A stretch of 64,000 nt of DNA from Octopus sinensis (lineage: Eukaryota), in contig NC_043002.1 of NCBI RefSeq assembly GCF_006345805.1, positions 117,428,001 through 117,492,000 on the forward strand. The letters are read 5' to 3'. The first letter of the stretch is position 1. Each line of letters begins with the position of its first letter. Position numbers and translations under genes: made by a program. Below are positions 25,959-38,527 of the stretch, piece after piece. The notes under the pieces are model-generated. The model was not told the origin of the DNA. It made no database searches and saw nothing but the letters and a program-made list of their open reading frames with translations.

Positions 25959-26438
25959 AAACATCTGAGTTCTCAAAACATCTAAGGGGGTGAGGCTACA
26001 CTCATGAAACATTCGGGATAGTTCTATAAAAATCAGATTTAGATAATAAACGGACATCCAAAGTTCCCTAATGTTGCACAGTCAAATAACAGGCTTTAAA
26101 AAAGTATTTTAAAAAACCTCTTAGTTTCACAGAAATTGAAAATGTAAATCCATCCATAATAATGACGAATGTTTGAATTCTGGAGATATGAGGAAAGATT
26201 TCATACTCACAGACGATGTATTTATCCATAATTAGTTCATAATAATTATTAATATAATTATTATTATCATTATAATTATCATTATAATTATTATAATTAT
26301 TATAATTATTATTATTATTATTATAATCATAATAATTATTAATATAATTATTATTATGATTATAATAATAATAATAATAATAATTATTATTATAATAATT
26401 ATAATGATAATAATAATTATATTAATAATTATTATGGT

Positions 26439-26471
<33 letters not shown>

Positions 26472-26901
26472 TATAATAATTATAATGATAATAATAATTA
26501 TATTAATAATTATTATGATTATAATAATAATAATAATAATTATAATAATTATAATAATTATAATGATAATAATAATGATAATAATTATAATGATAATAAT
26601 AATTATATTAATAATTATTATGAACTAATTATGGATAAATACATCGTCTGTGAGTATGAAATCTTTCCTCATATCTCCAGAATTCAAACATTCGTCATTA
26701 TTATGGATGGATTTACATTTTCAATTTCTGTGAAACTAAGAGGTTTTTTAAAATACTTTTTTAAAGCCTGTTATTTGACTGTGCAACATTAGGGAACTTT
26801 GGATGTCCGTTTATTATCTAAATCTGATTTTTATAGAACTATCCCGAATGTTTCATGAGTGTAGCCTCACCCCCTTAGATGTTTTGAGAACTCAGATGTT
26901 T

Positions 26902-26991
26902 TTTCGGCTGATGAGTACGGGTCACGTGTATTTGCTGCAATATTTGCAGCCTTAATAAAGCTGGTCTTCGTACGAAACAATTGTACCGAAA
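26902..26991 (+). ncRNA. Type I hammerhead ribozyme, canonical core
   Basis: Stem I UUUCGG:CCGAAA; CUGAUGA (26908-26914); stem II GUACG:CGUAC enclosing a 49-nt insert; GAAA; stem III palindrome ACAAUUGU; GUA triplet (26983-26985). Confidence 0.87.
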
Positions 26992-27136
26992 TATTGATCC
27001 ATTTTTGTTGCTTTTTTCTTGCTTATAATCACCCTGCATTATCTTATGGTTAATACCATATAGATTTCTGGTGCATCTAAGTTAAGTACCTCATTCATGT
27101 GAATTCAACAGAACTCACTTGAATCTTAATTACTTT

Positions 27137-27204
<68 letters not shown>

Positions 27205-27215
<11 letters not shown>

Positions 27216-28950
27216 TCGTGTAAAAATCGAATTTATTTAAGGTCAAACTTTACATGGATACTACTTTTGAGGGGCTGAAATTCAAGCTAGAATCCGAAGT
27301 ACCGTCTCAGCAGCAGAAGCCCAACTGATCTCTACGCGAATAAAATCAAAAACAATGAATACAGTAATATTATCAATTCTATGCATCCAAACACACGCCC
27401 TAGTAAATAACAAAACCCATGAACAAGACCGTCTTATAAATATTTACACTTTCTCTTTTATTTGTAGCTGAGAGAAATCAATTTATATCATAATTATGTT
27501 ATATTACCAACTATAACATATCTACCCGGTACCGGCATGCCACTACCTACCGTAATACGGCGCATACAGCTGATACCTACTCGGCGTGTATCACATCATA
27601 ACTGTTCAACAACATTACACTGGCTTCATATTCACGGTTAAAGTCACACTCGTCACAAGTGTACAATATATAAGTGACACAATATATTAGTGGTGCATTT
27701 TTATTTCTAACTAGACTACTCATTACCCGTTGGGTCATTGACGGTTCAGGTTATAAAATATTGAAGCTGATTTCAATGTTGCATTGAAACGGAAATTAAT
27801 TTTATGATGATTCAGTTAAATATTTCAGTTCGTTCGTGTCATCTGGTTTACAAGTTCATATTTAAGGTTTATTGATTATTTACAACATCTAATACAAATA
27901 GAACTTCCGGGATAAACTTGAACTCCAGTAACAGCATTTATTTATGGCATATGTACACACTTCTACAAAAAATGCAAAAGGGGTTACATAACGTAAACAT
28001 AAAATTAATGGAAATCATTTTCATAGTATTATATATTCCCATTTCAGGGTTATAATACTTACGGAGTAACGCTGCAAGCATGCTGGCCTGTCTCAAGAGC
28101 CATTAGTAAGCTTTCCCAGCGCCCCCAACTTTCCAACCCAAGGTGGTGAATTGTTCTGTTTTTTTTTCTCCTCTTCTTTCTCTCTTTTTCTTTTTAATTT
28201 TTTCAATTGTGTTCTCTGTTTTGTCTAGTTTTCTAGTTTGATTATGTAAAACGGTAAACACTGTGAAGGCAATAAAAATTTTAATATACTTCTTTTCCCA
28301 TTATGCGCCATTTTGGCTATTTATGAAGGTACTTTAAAAAAACACGCGTATCCCGGGAATCCGTGGTTCGATTTACGCAAAACTTGTTTTATTCTCTTTG
28401 TATTCACATTTCAGGGGTAACTTACTTTCAGAGTATTTTCCCATTATGCGCCGGCTTGGCTGATTTAATTACAAACAAGCAAACAATCACAGAGTTTTAG
28501 TAGTATATCGATGGATTAATTAAAAGTAACTCAATGTTTTAAATACCAAAACTGACAAAGAGAAGTAGAAGCATAACATCATTTTCAGCCACCAACATGG
28601 AAAACGTTTTCTTCTTCGTAGCCGGATTAGAGAAAATCGTACCAATTTCTTGGTTGCATTTTAATTTTTTATAAATTCAGTGAAGCTTAAGGCCCATAAT
28701 ATAAAGCAAATATCAAAATAATTAATAATATCAATAAATATAAATAAGGTAGCCGCACAATTTTGTAACAGTGTTATTTCTAGGTACCGGGTAATACGGT
28801 ATTCTGACACAAATGTTATTCTGTTGTTCATGAAATACTAGGGTCGACTTTTATACGGGGTCTATGGAAAATTCTCAGTTTTTTGGCTGAAAAGAGGGGG
28901 GGGGGGCGACTTTTACATGAGATCGACTATAACTCGAATATATACGGTAT
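27205..28950. mobile_element. Probable pogo/Tigger-like non-autonomous DNA transposon
   Basis: Right end gatcgactataactcgaatatatacggta+TA resembles a TACCGTAT..TCGA TIR. Left tatactcgtgtaaaaatcga matches it only partly (~16/22). Confidence 0.4.
27711..28511 (-). mobile_element. Non-autonomous Helitron nested in the above
   Basis: Minus strand A|TCGATATACTACTAAAACTCTGTGATTGTTTGC.. 5' end; 3' ccgtcaatgacccaacgg hairpin then CTAG|T at 27711-27714. A^T target. Confidence 0.65.
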
Positions 28951-29129
28951 ATATATATGGCGATGCAAACAGGCAAAATAGAACTCAAAATATGAGTATA
29001 CATATATTTCTATTAATATTTAACAGAACCAACAGCGTGACACAAAGTCAGAGAGTTTCGTACGTTGGCACTTATTAAACGTGCCAAGCACGAAACTCTC
29101 GCGACTTTGGGTCACTCTGTTGCTTCGTG

Positions 29130-29169
<40 letters not shown>

Positions 29170-29314
29170 AAGCAATAAAGATTCAAGTTAATTTAAATGA
29201 ATTTACTTGAATATGGTACCTAACTTAGATGCACCAAAAAAAACTATACTGTTTTAACAATACAGTAATGTGGGGTGATTATAAGCGAGAAAGAAGCAAC
29301 AAGAATGGATAGGT

Positions 29315-29405
29315 TTTTAGTACAATCGTTTCATACAAGGACAGGCTTTATTAAAAGTTGCAAAAATTACAGCATATAAACGTGTCCCGTACTCATCAGC
29401 TAAAA
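29315..29405 (-). ncRNA. Type I hammerhead ribozyme in PLE 3' UTR
   Basis: Stem I UUUUAG:CUAAAA; CUGAUGA; stem II GUACGGGAC..GUCCUUGUAU; GAAA; stem III ACGAUUGU; GUA. Confidence 0.8.
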
Positions 29406-30866
29406 TACATGTGAGTTCTCTAGACATCCTAGTGGTTGAGGCTATACTCATGAAGTAATGTAGATAATTAAGTAACATAAACAGATTTCCAAAGTTCATT
29501 AAAGTTCTTTAAAGATGATGTACAGTCTTATCACAGAATTTTAAAAAAGTTTTAATAGCATCACAGAGAAGGTGACCTAATCCATAGTGCACATATGAAT
29601 TTCCAGAGATATGATGAGGGATTACATACTCACAGAAGACAAATTTATCCATTGTTAATCACAACGAGGTGGGTCTCAATTCCTGCTTATTAGCATTACA
29701 GAGAGGGTGAATTAATCCTTTGTATAGATGCACAATTTCCAATGGTGTAGATGTAAATTTCCAGAGAAATGAAGAGGAATTTCATATTCACAGGCGATAA
29801 ATTTATCAATGGTTGAACACAATGAGGTAGGTATCAATTCTTGTTATATGATTAGGTATTTGCCACATTAATCACATTACTGCTATTTACAAGAGGCTGT
29901 AGCTATTTAACTTTTAAAGGCTGAAGGGCTTTCTAGAGAGGCAAAAAATAGAAAAGGGAAGGGAATAGAAGAAAAGAGAGAAAATAAGGGAGGAGGGAGC
30001 AAAAAAAGGGGGGGGAAGGGGACTAAAAGAGAAGAGAAAAGGAAAAAGAGAATAAGAAGAAGAAAAAGAAAAAAGAGAAAAGAGAAAGAAATAGGGAAAG
30101 AAGGGAAAAAAGAAAAAGAAAAAAAGAGGGTTCTAGTTATACAGAAGAATTAGTAGACGGCAAGTCTGGTTTTAATTTACAGGCATCTAGGAACTAGAGG
30201 AGAATATTATTCTTTGACCAGTAAAACAGCTAATTTATTGCTGTTGAAATCAGCTATGAATTTAAAGAGAATCTAAAGAGATAACACAGTCAGGGGTTTA
30301 GGGGTCAGATGCTAAAATCAAAAGAAAATACATTAGGAAAATCTAAGTATAGTCTTATCAAAAAGTCATTAAAATTTACTTATTTAATTTATTCATTTTA
30401 TTGTCTTAAGGAGTTGCCGTTATTATTCATACATTGACGGACTACAGGTCAAATCTTAGAAGATCATTTACAAGGTGTTAGGGGATTGTCTATCATAATG
30501 AAGATAATCATATTATCACCGAGGGGGTAGCCTTATTTATTTAATTTTGAAATAGAATTATGGGGCTATAGTAACTCATTTTATTTTATTCGAGTTATGC
30601 TACTTAAATTAGATTAAGTTAGAAATTAAAATTAAAAATTACAATTAAGATTTAAAATTAAGAATTTAAAAATTATGAGTTTGAAATTAAATAAAGCCTC
30701 AATTAAGCAGCGTATAAGTCCTATTCATTTCCCTGTTCTCAAAAAACTGATGCAGATATAAGGAAAAAGATAACTGTAGTGTGAGAACTCTTAGTTATCT
30801 ACTTAAAGCAGTGCTATACTAGTAGAAATCAAGTTATATCTATCTATCTAGTTACGAATATTCTAA

Positions 30867-31423
30867 TCATTTAAAATATTTTAAAGTCTTCAATTTAGCG
30901 TGGACACAAACTTGACCTAGTTCGATATGGTTATTCAATAAGTTTCTATGTTTTCTATGCTTTAGAATTTCATATGTCTCCATGGAGCATAGTTGGCAAC
31001 CAACCCTACTATTTTTATACGGAATTGCTCTCCTAACTGTTTCCCAATTAAGGTTATAATTTTTATTATTATTTTTGAGTTCCCAGATTTTGTTTGAAAG
31101 TGTGGTGATACCAGCTTTATGACGTAATTTAAAAGACGAGATGTGATTTCTAACTCTGGCTAGAAAATTAATTGTACATCCAATGTAAAGATATTTGTTA
31201 TTCTCCGTGGATATGGTACATTTATAGATTACATTATTTTCCCCACATAGACCAGGTGCCGGGCATTTTGATTTTATTCTACACTTACACACAGGAGGAA
31301 CAACTTCAGGCTTTGGATTATTCTTGGGTAGATGTCTTAGGTTCCTATTATTTTGGTTATCATTTCTATAGTTGGTGCTGATATCTAAAGTATTGCTATT
31401 ATTTATTGATCCTTCAGCTTCAT
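30867..31423 (-). CDS. PLE GIY-YIG endonuclease with upstream Asn-rich linker; RT lost
   Basis: CKCRIKSKCP..LC..NNVIYKC..YIGCT..RVRNHISSF..LSNKIWELK..W..PY..CQLCSME..LLN..E..CVH. The frame stays open upstream of the listed ORF start to the inversion junction (~31423). Confidence 0.85.
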
Positions 31424-31478
31424 CATTACTTCATGAGTATAGCCTCAACCACTAGGATGTCTAGAGAACTCACATGTA

Positions 31479-31569
31479 TTTTAGCTGATGAGTACGGGAC
31501 ACGTTTATATGCTGTAATTTTTGCAACTTTTAATAAAGCCTGTCCTTGTATGAAACGATTGTACTAAAA
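31479..31569 (+). ncRNA. Type I hammerhead ribozyme in inverted pLTR
   Basis: Same sequence as 29315-29405 in the opposite orientation. Confidence 0.8.
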
Positions 31570-31602
31570 ACCTATCCATTCTTGTTGCTTCTTTCTCGCG
31601 TA

Positions 31603-31695
<93 letters not shown>

Positions 31696-31697
<2 letters not shown>

Positions 31698-32095
31698 CAT
31701 GGCTATGTGGTAAGAAGCTTACTTCCCAACCATATGGTTCGGGGTTCAGTCCCACTGCGTGGCACCTAGGGCAAGTGTCTTCTACTATAGCCTCGGATCG
31801 ACCAAAGCCTTGTGAATTTGGTAGGCGGAAGCTGAAAGAATCCCGTCGTATATATATTATGTGAATGTGTCTTTATGTCTGTGTTTGTACCAACATCATC
31901 GTTTAACAACTGATGTTGGTGTGTGTATAGCCCCGTAACTTAGCGGTTCGGCAAAAGTCACCGATAAAATAAATACTAGGCTTACAAGGAATAAGTCCTG
32001 GAGTCCTATTTCTTCAACTAAAAAAATCTTGTAAGATGGTGCTTCAGCATGGCCGCAGTCAAATGACTGAAACAAGTAAAAAAATAAAATAAAAT
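31696..32095 (+). mobile_element. tRNA-derived SINE family A, full length
   Basis: TGGCTATGTGG (A box), GGTTCAGTCCC (B box), gggcaagtgtcttctactatagcc, internal (TA)n, tail catggccgcagtcaaatgactgaaacaagtaaaa. Confidence 0.8.
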
Positions 32096-32257
32096 AAAAG
32101 ATATATATATATATGTAGGTTGAAAAGGAACACACGAGTTGATATGTATGAGGAAAAAAGTCAAGGTAGAAAATGCTAAAATAATTTTATCATAAAAAGC
32201 ATTTTAATACCGGTTTCAGTCATCGAGACCTTTTCAAAGTTTTTTAAAAGAATATTT

Positions 32258-32416
32258 GCGGAGGTGCAGGCTTGTGGTAAGTAGCTTGCTTACCAACCAT
32301 ATGGTCCCGGGTTCAGTTCCACTGCGTGGCACTTTGGGCAAGTGTCTTCTACTATAGCCTCGGGTCGATCAAAGCCTTGTGAGTGGATTTGGTAGACGGA
32401 AACTGGAAGAATCCCG

Positions 32417-32464
<48 letters not shown>

Positions 32465-32690
32465 GTATATGTGTGTGTATATATTTGTGGGTTTGTTCCT
32501 CCCCCCCAGCATCACTTGACAACCGACGCTGGTATGTTTACGTTCCCGTAACTTAGCGGTTCGGCAAAATAAAAACCGATGGAATAAGTACTAGGTTTAC
32601 AAAGAATAAGCTCTGGGGTCGATTTGCTCGACTATAAAGGTGGTGCTCCAGCATGGCCGCAGTCAAATGACTAAAATAAGTAAAAGAGTA
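32258..32690 (+). mobile_element. tRNA-derived SINE family A, full length
   Basis: Same head, body and tail as 31696. Further partial copies at ~12620-12731(-), 33170-33260(-), 52570-52910 and 53300-53465(-). Confidence 0.8.
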
Positions 32691-33307
32691 AAGTATTCAA
32701 ATACCAAGGGCATTTCCCTTGTTTCTGCCTTTCTCTGTCTCTCTTGTTTACTCTTGTGGGTCCGAGGTTGCTGTGCGTTCTTTTCTTTACCTGCTTACCA
32801 ACCGACCTATCTACTTACCCGCCTATACTATACCTACTTCTATTAGCAATACATAGTTACATTGACTAAATGTCACGTTTATTCTCTGTCGTTGTTTTCT
32901 TCCATATCGCCTATATCCCAAGGGGGATCATCATTACATTCATTACAACTTATTGATCGAAGCACGCATCTATGACACACTGTCCATCGTTAAGTGCAAA
33001 AGTAAATTGTACTCTCTGTATTTTTCAGCTTGGCTACACGTGGACTGTTAGAAAGTTCTATATCTTCACTATAACCATACCCCATGGTCCCTAAAATTGC
33101 TATGAACTGTGAAATCTTTCGCTAACTGGACTTTTAATTATTGTCTAGGCTTAACTTGCATTTTTTAATTCTTTTATTTGTTTCAGTCATTTGACTGCGG
33201 CCATGCTGGAACATCGCCTTTAGTCGAACAAATCGACCCCAGGACTTATTCTTTGTAAGTCTGTGCTTGTTTGTTTCTGATCTCGATTATTAACATTACT
33301 CCCTCAC

Positions 33308-33389
<82 letters not shown>

Positions 33390-33985
33390 CTGATGTAATA
33401 CTTACAGTGTTTAATGAAATGAAGTAGCATGAAACAATTGTACTACACTACCTTGGATATACTTGTTGCTATTTTGATTATATATATATATATATATATA
33501 TATAATCAAAATAAGCAACAAGTATATCGGAGGTAGAGTAGTACAATATATATATATTGAATACAATTACAAGAAGCCGCTGTAATCTGCAATAGCTTAT
33601 CTTAGTTTCCAGTGTCTTTGTTCTTAAGATAAAAAATTAATATTATTGATAAGTCACCTGCTGTCCTTGGATCGATGACAAGACAATTGTAGTTATGTCC
33701 CTTTATATTCTTTGTTTAACGTCTGCTGCAGCGAATGAAAGTTTTTCCATTTTAATCCCTCCAGAGTCAAGTAAATAAGAACAAGTGAGCTTCTGAAGTT
33801 GATTGAATCGATTATATTTCAGAAAAGTTTTGTCTGTTGCATCATTGATATTTTTTTTACTATTTCGAGGTTAACAAATCCTTTCATCCTTTCGGACTCC
33901 ATAACATTAAGTCAAGGACAGGGGCTATGCAATCAATTAAGACCAAATTTCAGGCTTTGTGCCTATATTAGAAAAAAATAATATC

Positions 33986-34027
<42 letters not shown>

Positions 34028-34039
34028 AATAATAATAAT

Positions 34040-34387
<348 letters not shown>

Positions 34388-34398
34388 CATAATAATAA

Positions 34399-34445
<47 letters not shown>

Positions 34446-37400
34446 GGGGGACGTTTAAGATGGGAACACCGGGGACGTTTAAGATGTAAGAAGGAAAATT
34501 CAGAGCTCCGAAATCTATCCACAAACATCGAAAACAAGGACATCCTATGGAGCCAAAGTTTTACTAACAAAGAATTGGACTGTATCCGAGTAAGTAATAC
34601 TAATTGAAATTTATTACTATTTTCGAAACGAAATGATGTATTTTGACTCGATATCATCTCCGCCTCTAACGCAACACATGTAAACATGCGTGGAACATCA
34701 CGATCATCTCCGACCCCAAACACCATGTACAAAGGAACTACGAAGAAATTAAATGCCACCGATACTATTCAACCCAAGAATAACTTACAACAAAAAATGT
34801 ACGAAAAACTACACGTGCGAAATAATGTGACAACAGAAATAAACGGACCGGTACCCTACGAAAATGACGACCGTCAAAATAATGGGCCGGACGTTGTACC
34901 TCATGTCCCGCAAATAAAACCCAAAAGACGTAAATGGACACGTGAGGAATACATTTCTATCTTACACGCATACTTCACAGCAGTACTCTACCCACAAAAT
35001 GAAAATACAACAACACATACATATAAAATATGGAAGGAAAATAATAGAGATATAGACTTGGATACAGCAATGAACCCTAATAAATTAGCTAACGTACGAA
35101 GATACATTCTCAAAGCCAAAAAAAAAATATCAGAAATAGAAATAGAACATTTAAAAGAAAAAATACACCAGGAAAATGTAGATAGAAGCCACACAACAAT
35201 GCCCAATAATATAAACACTGAAACTGTAAAACACGAAGACAAACGCAACATTCCCAACAAATACGATGTAAACAACGAAGGGGAGCCTAATGATTATGAT
35301 AATATAAAAAATAAAATAATCAAAGAACTGAAAACCACAGAGCTCAAAATGGACCACCGACCATACCTCCCAAGAATCAAAATAAACAAAATAACAACAC
35401 CTATTATAAACAGCATAAACCTAGCCGTCACTGAACTGATAGCCACTGAATAAAAAAAAAGTGATATCACTGAGCTAAATAACCTAATATACGCAGCAGC
35501 CACTGCAGCCACAAAAGAAGCTGGATACTCACCCAAACCCGCCCAAACAGGAGTACCACCACCCAAACCCGCCCAAACAGGAGTACCACCACCCAAACAA
35601 ACCCTGTGGATAAATAACATCCAAAGCAAAATAAAAAAAATTAGAAAAGACCTGTCGATTCTTAATGAAATCAGCAAACAATCAACGCTACTGAGCAACA
35701 AAAAGAGAACAAAAATACTCCGCAAATATAACATCACAGAGAAAGATTTGCCTGAAATAAAAGAAAAGCTGAAGCAAGATATCCTTGCCAAAGCACAAAT
35801 GATCCGCCGGTACAAGAAACGCCAACGCTTCTTTGAAGAAAACAAAAAGTTCAACTCTAACCCCAAAAAGTTCTACCAAGAACTGGAAAAAAATAAAATA
35901 GAAGTCACTGCAGCACCAACGGCAGAAGAATTGGAAGAATTCTGGGGAGAAATATGGTCGGCGAAAGAACCACCAAAAAAAAGGAGTATCAGAATAACAA
36001 ACTCGGCATCTGAACAACTTTGGACTCCCATAACAACTGAAGAGGTCACCCAGGCACTGCAAAGACTAAGCAACTGGAAGGCACCTGGGCATGACAAGAT
36101 CCCCAACTTCTGGTTGAAATATCTAACAGGAATGCACAAAAAGCTGGCTGAAAACTTTAACAAAGTACTAGCAGAGCCAGAGACAATGCCTGAATGGCTC
36201 ACGAAGGGGAAAACCATCTTAATTCCCAAATCAAATGAAACAGAAAAACCAGAAAACTACAGACCAATAACCTGCCTCCCTACTATGTTCAAGGCATTTA
36301 CTGCAGTGATATCACAAAGGCTGAACAAGCACCTGGACGAAAACAAACTGTTCCCAGAAGAGCAGAAAGGATGCCGCAAAGGCTCATATGGCTGTAAAGA
36401 TCAACTAATGATTAATAAAGCCATAACTGAAGACAGCCACAGAAAGAAGAAAGGCCTCAGTATGGCCTGGATTGACTACAAAAAGGCGTTTGATAGCATC
36501 CCCCACACATGGATCCTCGAAACACTAGCCATTAACAAGTAGCACCAACAATCATAAAATTCATAGAGCACTCTATGAATAAATGGCAAACAGTCCTACA
36601 CCTCCAAACAAAAGAGGGACTCATGAAAACCAAAGACATCCCCATTAGAAGAGGAATATTCCAGGGAGACACGCTCTCTCCACTCCTTTTCTGCTTGGCA
36701 CTGTCACCTCTATCTGATATGCTAAATAGAACTGGATGCGGATATAAATGTTACGGCAAAACGATCAGCCACCTTTTATATATGGATGACCTAAAACTAT
36801 ACGCTGCAAATGACAAACAGCTGGAAACACTATTAAAGACAGTTCATGGATTTACCAAAGAAATAGATATGAAATTTGGATTAGAAAAATGCGCCAAAGT
36901 AACCCTGAAAAGAGGAAAACTAGTTAAGAGTAACAACATCACACTAGATAAAACCAATGAAATAAAAGAATTAGACCAAAGCCAAACTTACAAATACTTA
37001 GGAATCCATGAACTAGATAAGACACAACACACACAAATGAAAGAGAAAATAAAAAAAAGAATATTATAGACGAGTTAGATCAATACTAAACACAGAGCTC
37101 AATGCTAAAAACAAGATAATAGGTATCAACACTTTAGCTGTCCCAGTTATAAGTTACAGCTACAATATCCTTAACTGGACACGAAATGAACTGACCAAAA
37201 TAGATAGGAAAACAAGAAAAATAATGACAGGATCTAGGATGCATCACCCAAAATCTGACATAGAAAGACTATATATACAACGTATAGAAGGTGGTAGAGG
37301 CCTTATACAGCTGGAAAACTACTATAAAATAACCACCATAGGACTGCAAAAATATCTACTTCAGAAGGAAGGAAAACTAATCCAGATAGCGGCAAAACAC

Positions 37401-38437
37401 GAGCAAAACAAAAAACTGTTCTCAGTATTTAAGGAAGCTGACAAATACAAACAAGAAATCATACCACCTAATAAACATGAAGAAGAAGAAGAAGAAGATA
37501 AAGAAACAACAAAAGCTATAAAACAAATGAAATCCAAACTAAAAATAGAACAGCAACGAACCATGATAAAACGATGGCAAGAAAAGCCCCTTCATGGTAA
37601 ATACTGGACTAAACTAAACGCAAAAGAAATAGACAAAGAAAAATCCCAGCAATGGTTGAGAAGCTCAGAACTCAAAGCAGAAACAGAGGGATTTTTAATT
37701 GCAGCACAAGACCAAAGCCTCCCCACCAGAAATTACCAAAAACATGTAATGAAAAGAAATATTACAAGTAACTGCAGAATATGTGGAGATGGACAAGAAA
37801 CAATAAATCATATTATCTCTAGCTGCCCAGTCTTGGCTAAGAAGGAATATATTCACAGACATGACAGAGTTGGAACCTACATACATTGGAAGCTATGCCA
37901 ACATTATGGAATAACAACAGAAAAAAGATGGTATAGGCACACACCAGAAAAGGTTACAGAAAACGAGAAAGCAACCATACTCTGGGATATGCCGATACAC
38001 ACAGATAGAGAAATTAAGGCCAACAGACCAGATATAGTTGTCAGAGATCATGAAGAAAAAAAATGCTTTCTAATTGATGTATCAATACCGGCAGATGACA
38101 ACGTGTCTCTAAAAGAAATGGAGAAACTCTCAAAATACAAAGACCTGGAAATAGAGGTAACTAGAATGTGGAATCTGAAAACAGAAACAATTCCTATCAT
38201 AGTAGGTGCATTAAGCATGATAAAAAAATATTCAGACAAATACATAACAAAAAACACCAGGACTTACAAACACATATAACATACAGAAAATTTCACTACT
38301 AGGCACTGCACACATCCTACGCAGAACACTTTCCATACAATAACCATCAGAGCATCACAACAAATCAAAGCACATACCCAAGGCACACAGAGCTGCGCTC
38401 GGTAATGAAGTGAAAGCACGCAATAAAAATAAAACTA

Positions 38438-38440
<3 letters not shown>
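34446..38440 (+). mobile_element. Near-full-length R4/Dong-clade non-LTR retrotransposon in (AAT)n
   Basis: KRRKWTREE N-terminus; RT NWKAPGHD, NYRPITCLPT, EQKGC, IDYKKAFDSIPH, GIFQGDTLSP, YMDDLKL; CRICG..ETINHIISSC + RHD; RPDIVV..IDVSIP..KE.EK..KY restriction-like endonuclease. (AAT)n on both sides. Confidence 0.95.
34686..38320 (+). pseudogene. R4/Dong single ORF (RT + CCHC + RLE) with one in-frame stop and three 1-bp indels
   Basis: TAA at 35451-35453 with the frame continuing (35748 ORF is in the same frame). Shifts at ~36538, ~37058 and ~38250, all in A runs. Confidence 0.9.

Positions 38441-38524
<84 letters not shown>

Positions 38525-38527
<3 letters not shown>

Larger units (their letters stand above)
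25832..27140. mobile_element. Non-coding PLE-derived foldback: ~1.2-kb palindrome (25832-27027) plus one-sided 113-nt tail
   Basis: Arms are near-identical reverse complements around an ATT/AAT minisatellite centre (~26430). Arms and tail (gcttataatcaccc..tggtgcatctaagtta..acttgaatctt) are homologous to the 3' UTR of the GIY-YIG element at 29168-31599. Confidence 0.88.
29168..31599 (-). mobile_element. Severely 5'-truncated Penelope-like element (endonuclease only) with long 3' UTR and inverted pLTR
   Basis: GIY-YIG ORF. 29285-29460 is inverted at 31424-31599. ~115-nt tail (29168-29284) on one side only. (TA)n on both flanks. Confidence 0.88.

Noticed and set aside
32205-32240. Hammerhead-like GAAA-CCGGU-A with GGUC:GACU stem (minus strand)
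   Set aside because: The core reads UUGAAAA and no stem I forms; too degenerate to call.
33012-33100. Splice-acceptor-like ctctctgtatttttcag
   Set aside because: All three downstream frames close within ~22 codons; no donor or homology evidence.
35294-36229. Minus-strand ORFs of 118-190 aa
   Set aside because: Antisense to the A-rich R4 ORF; no independent motifs.
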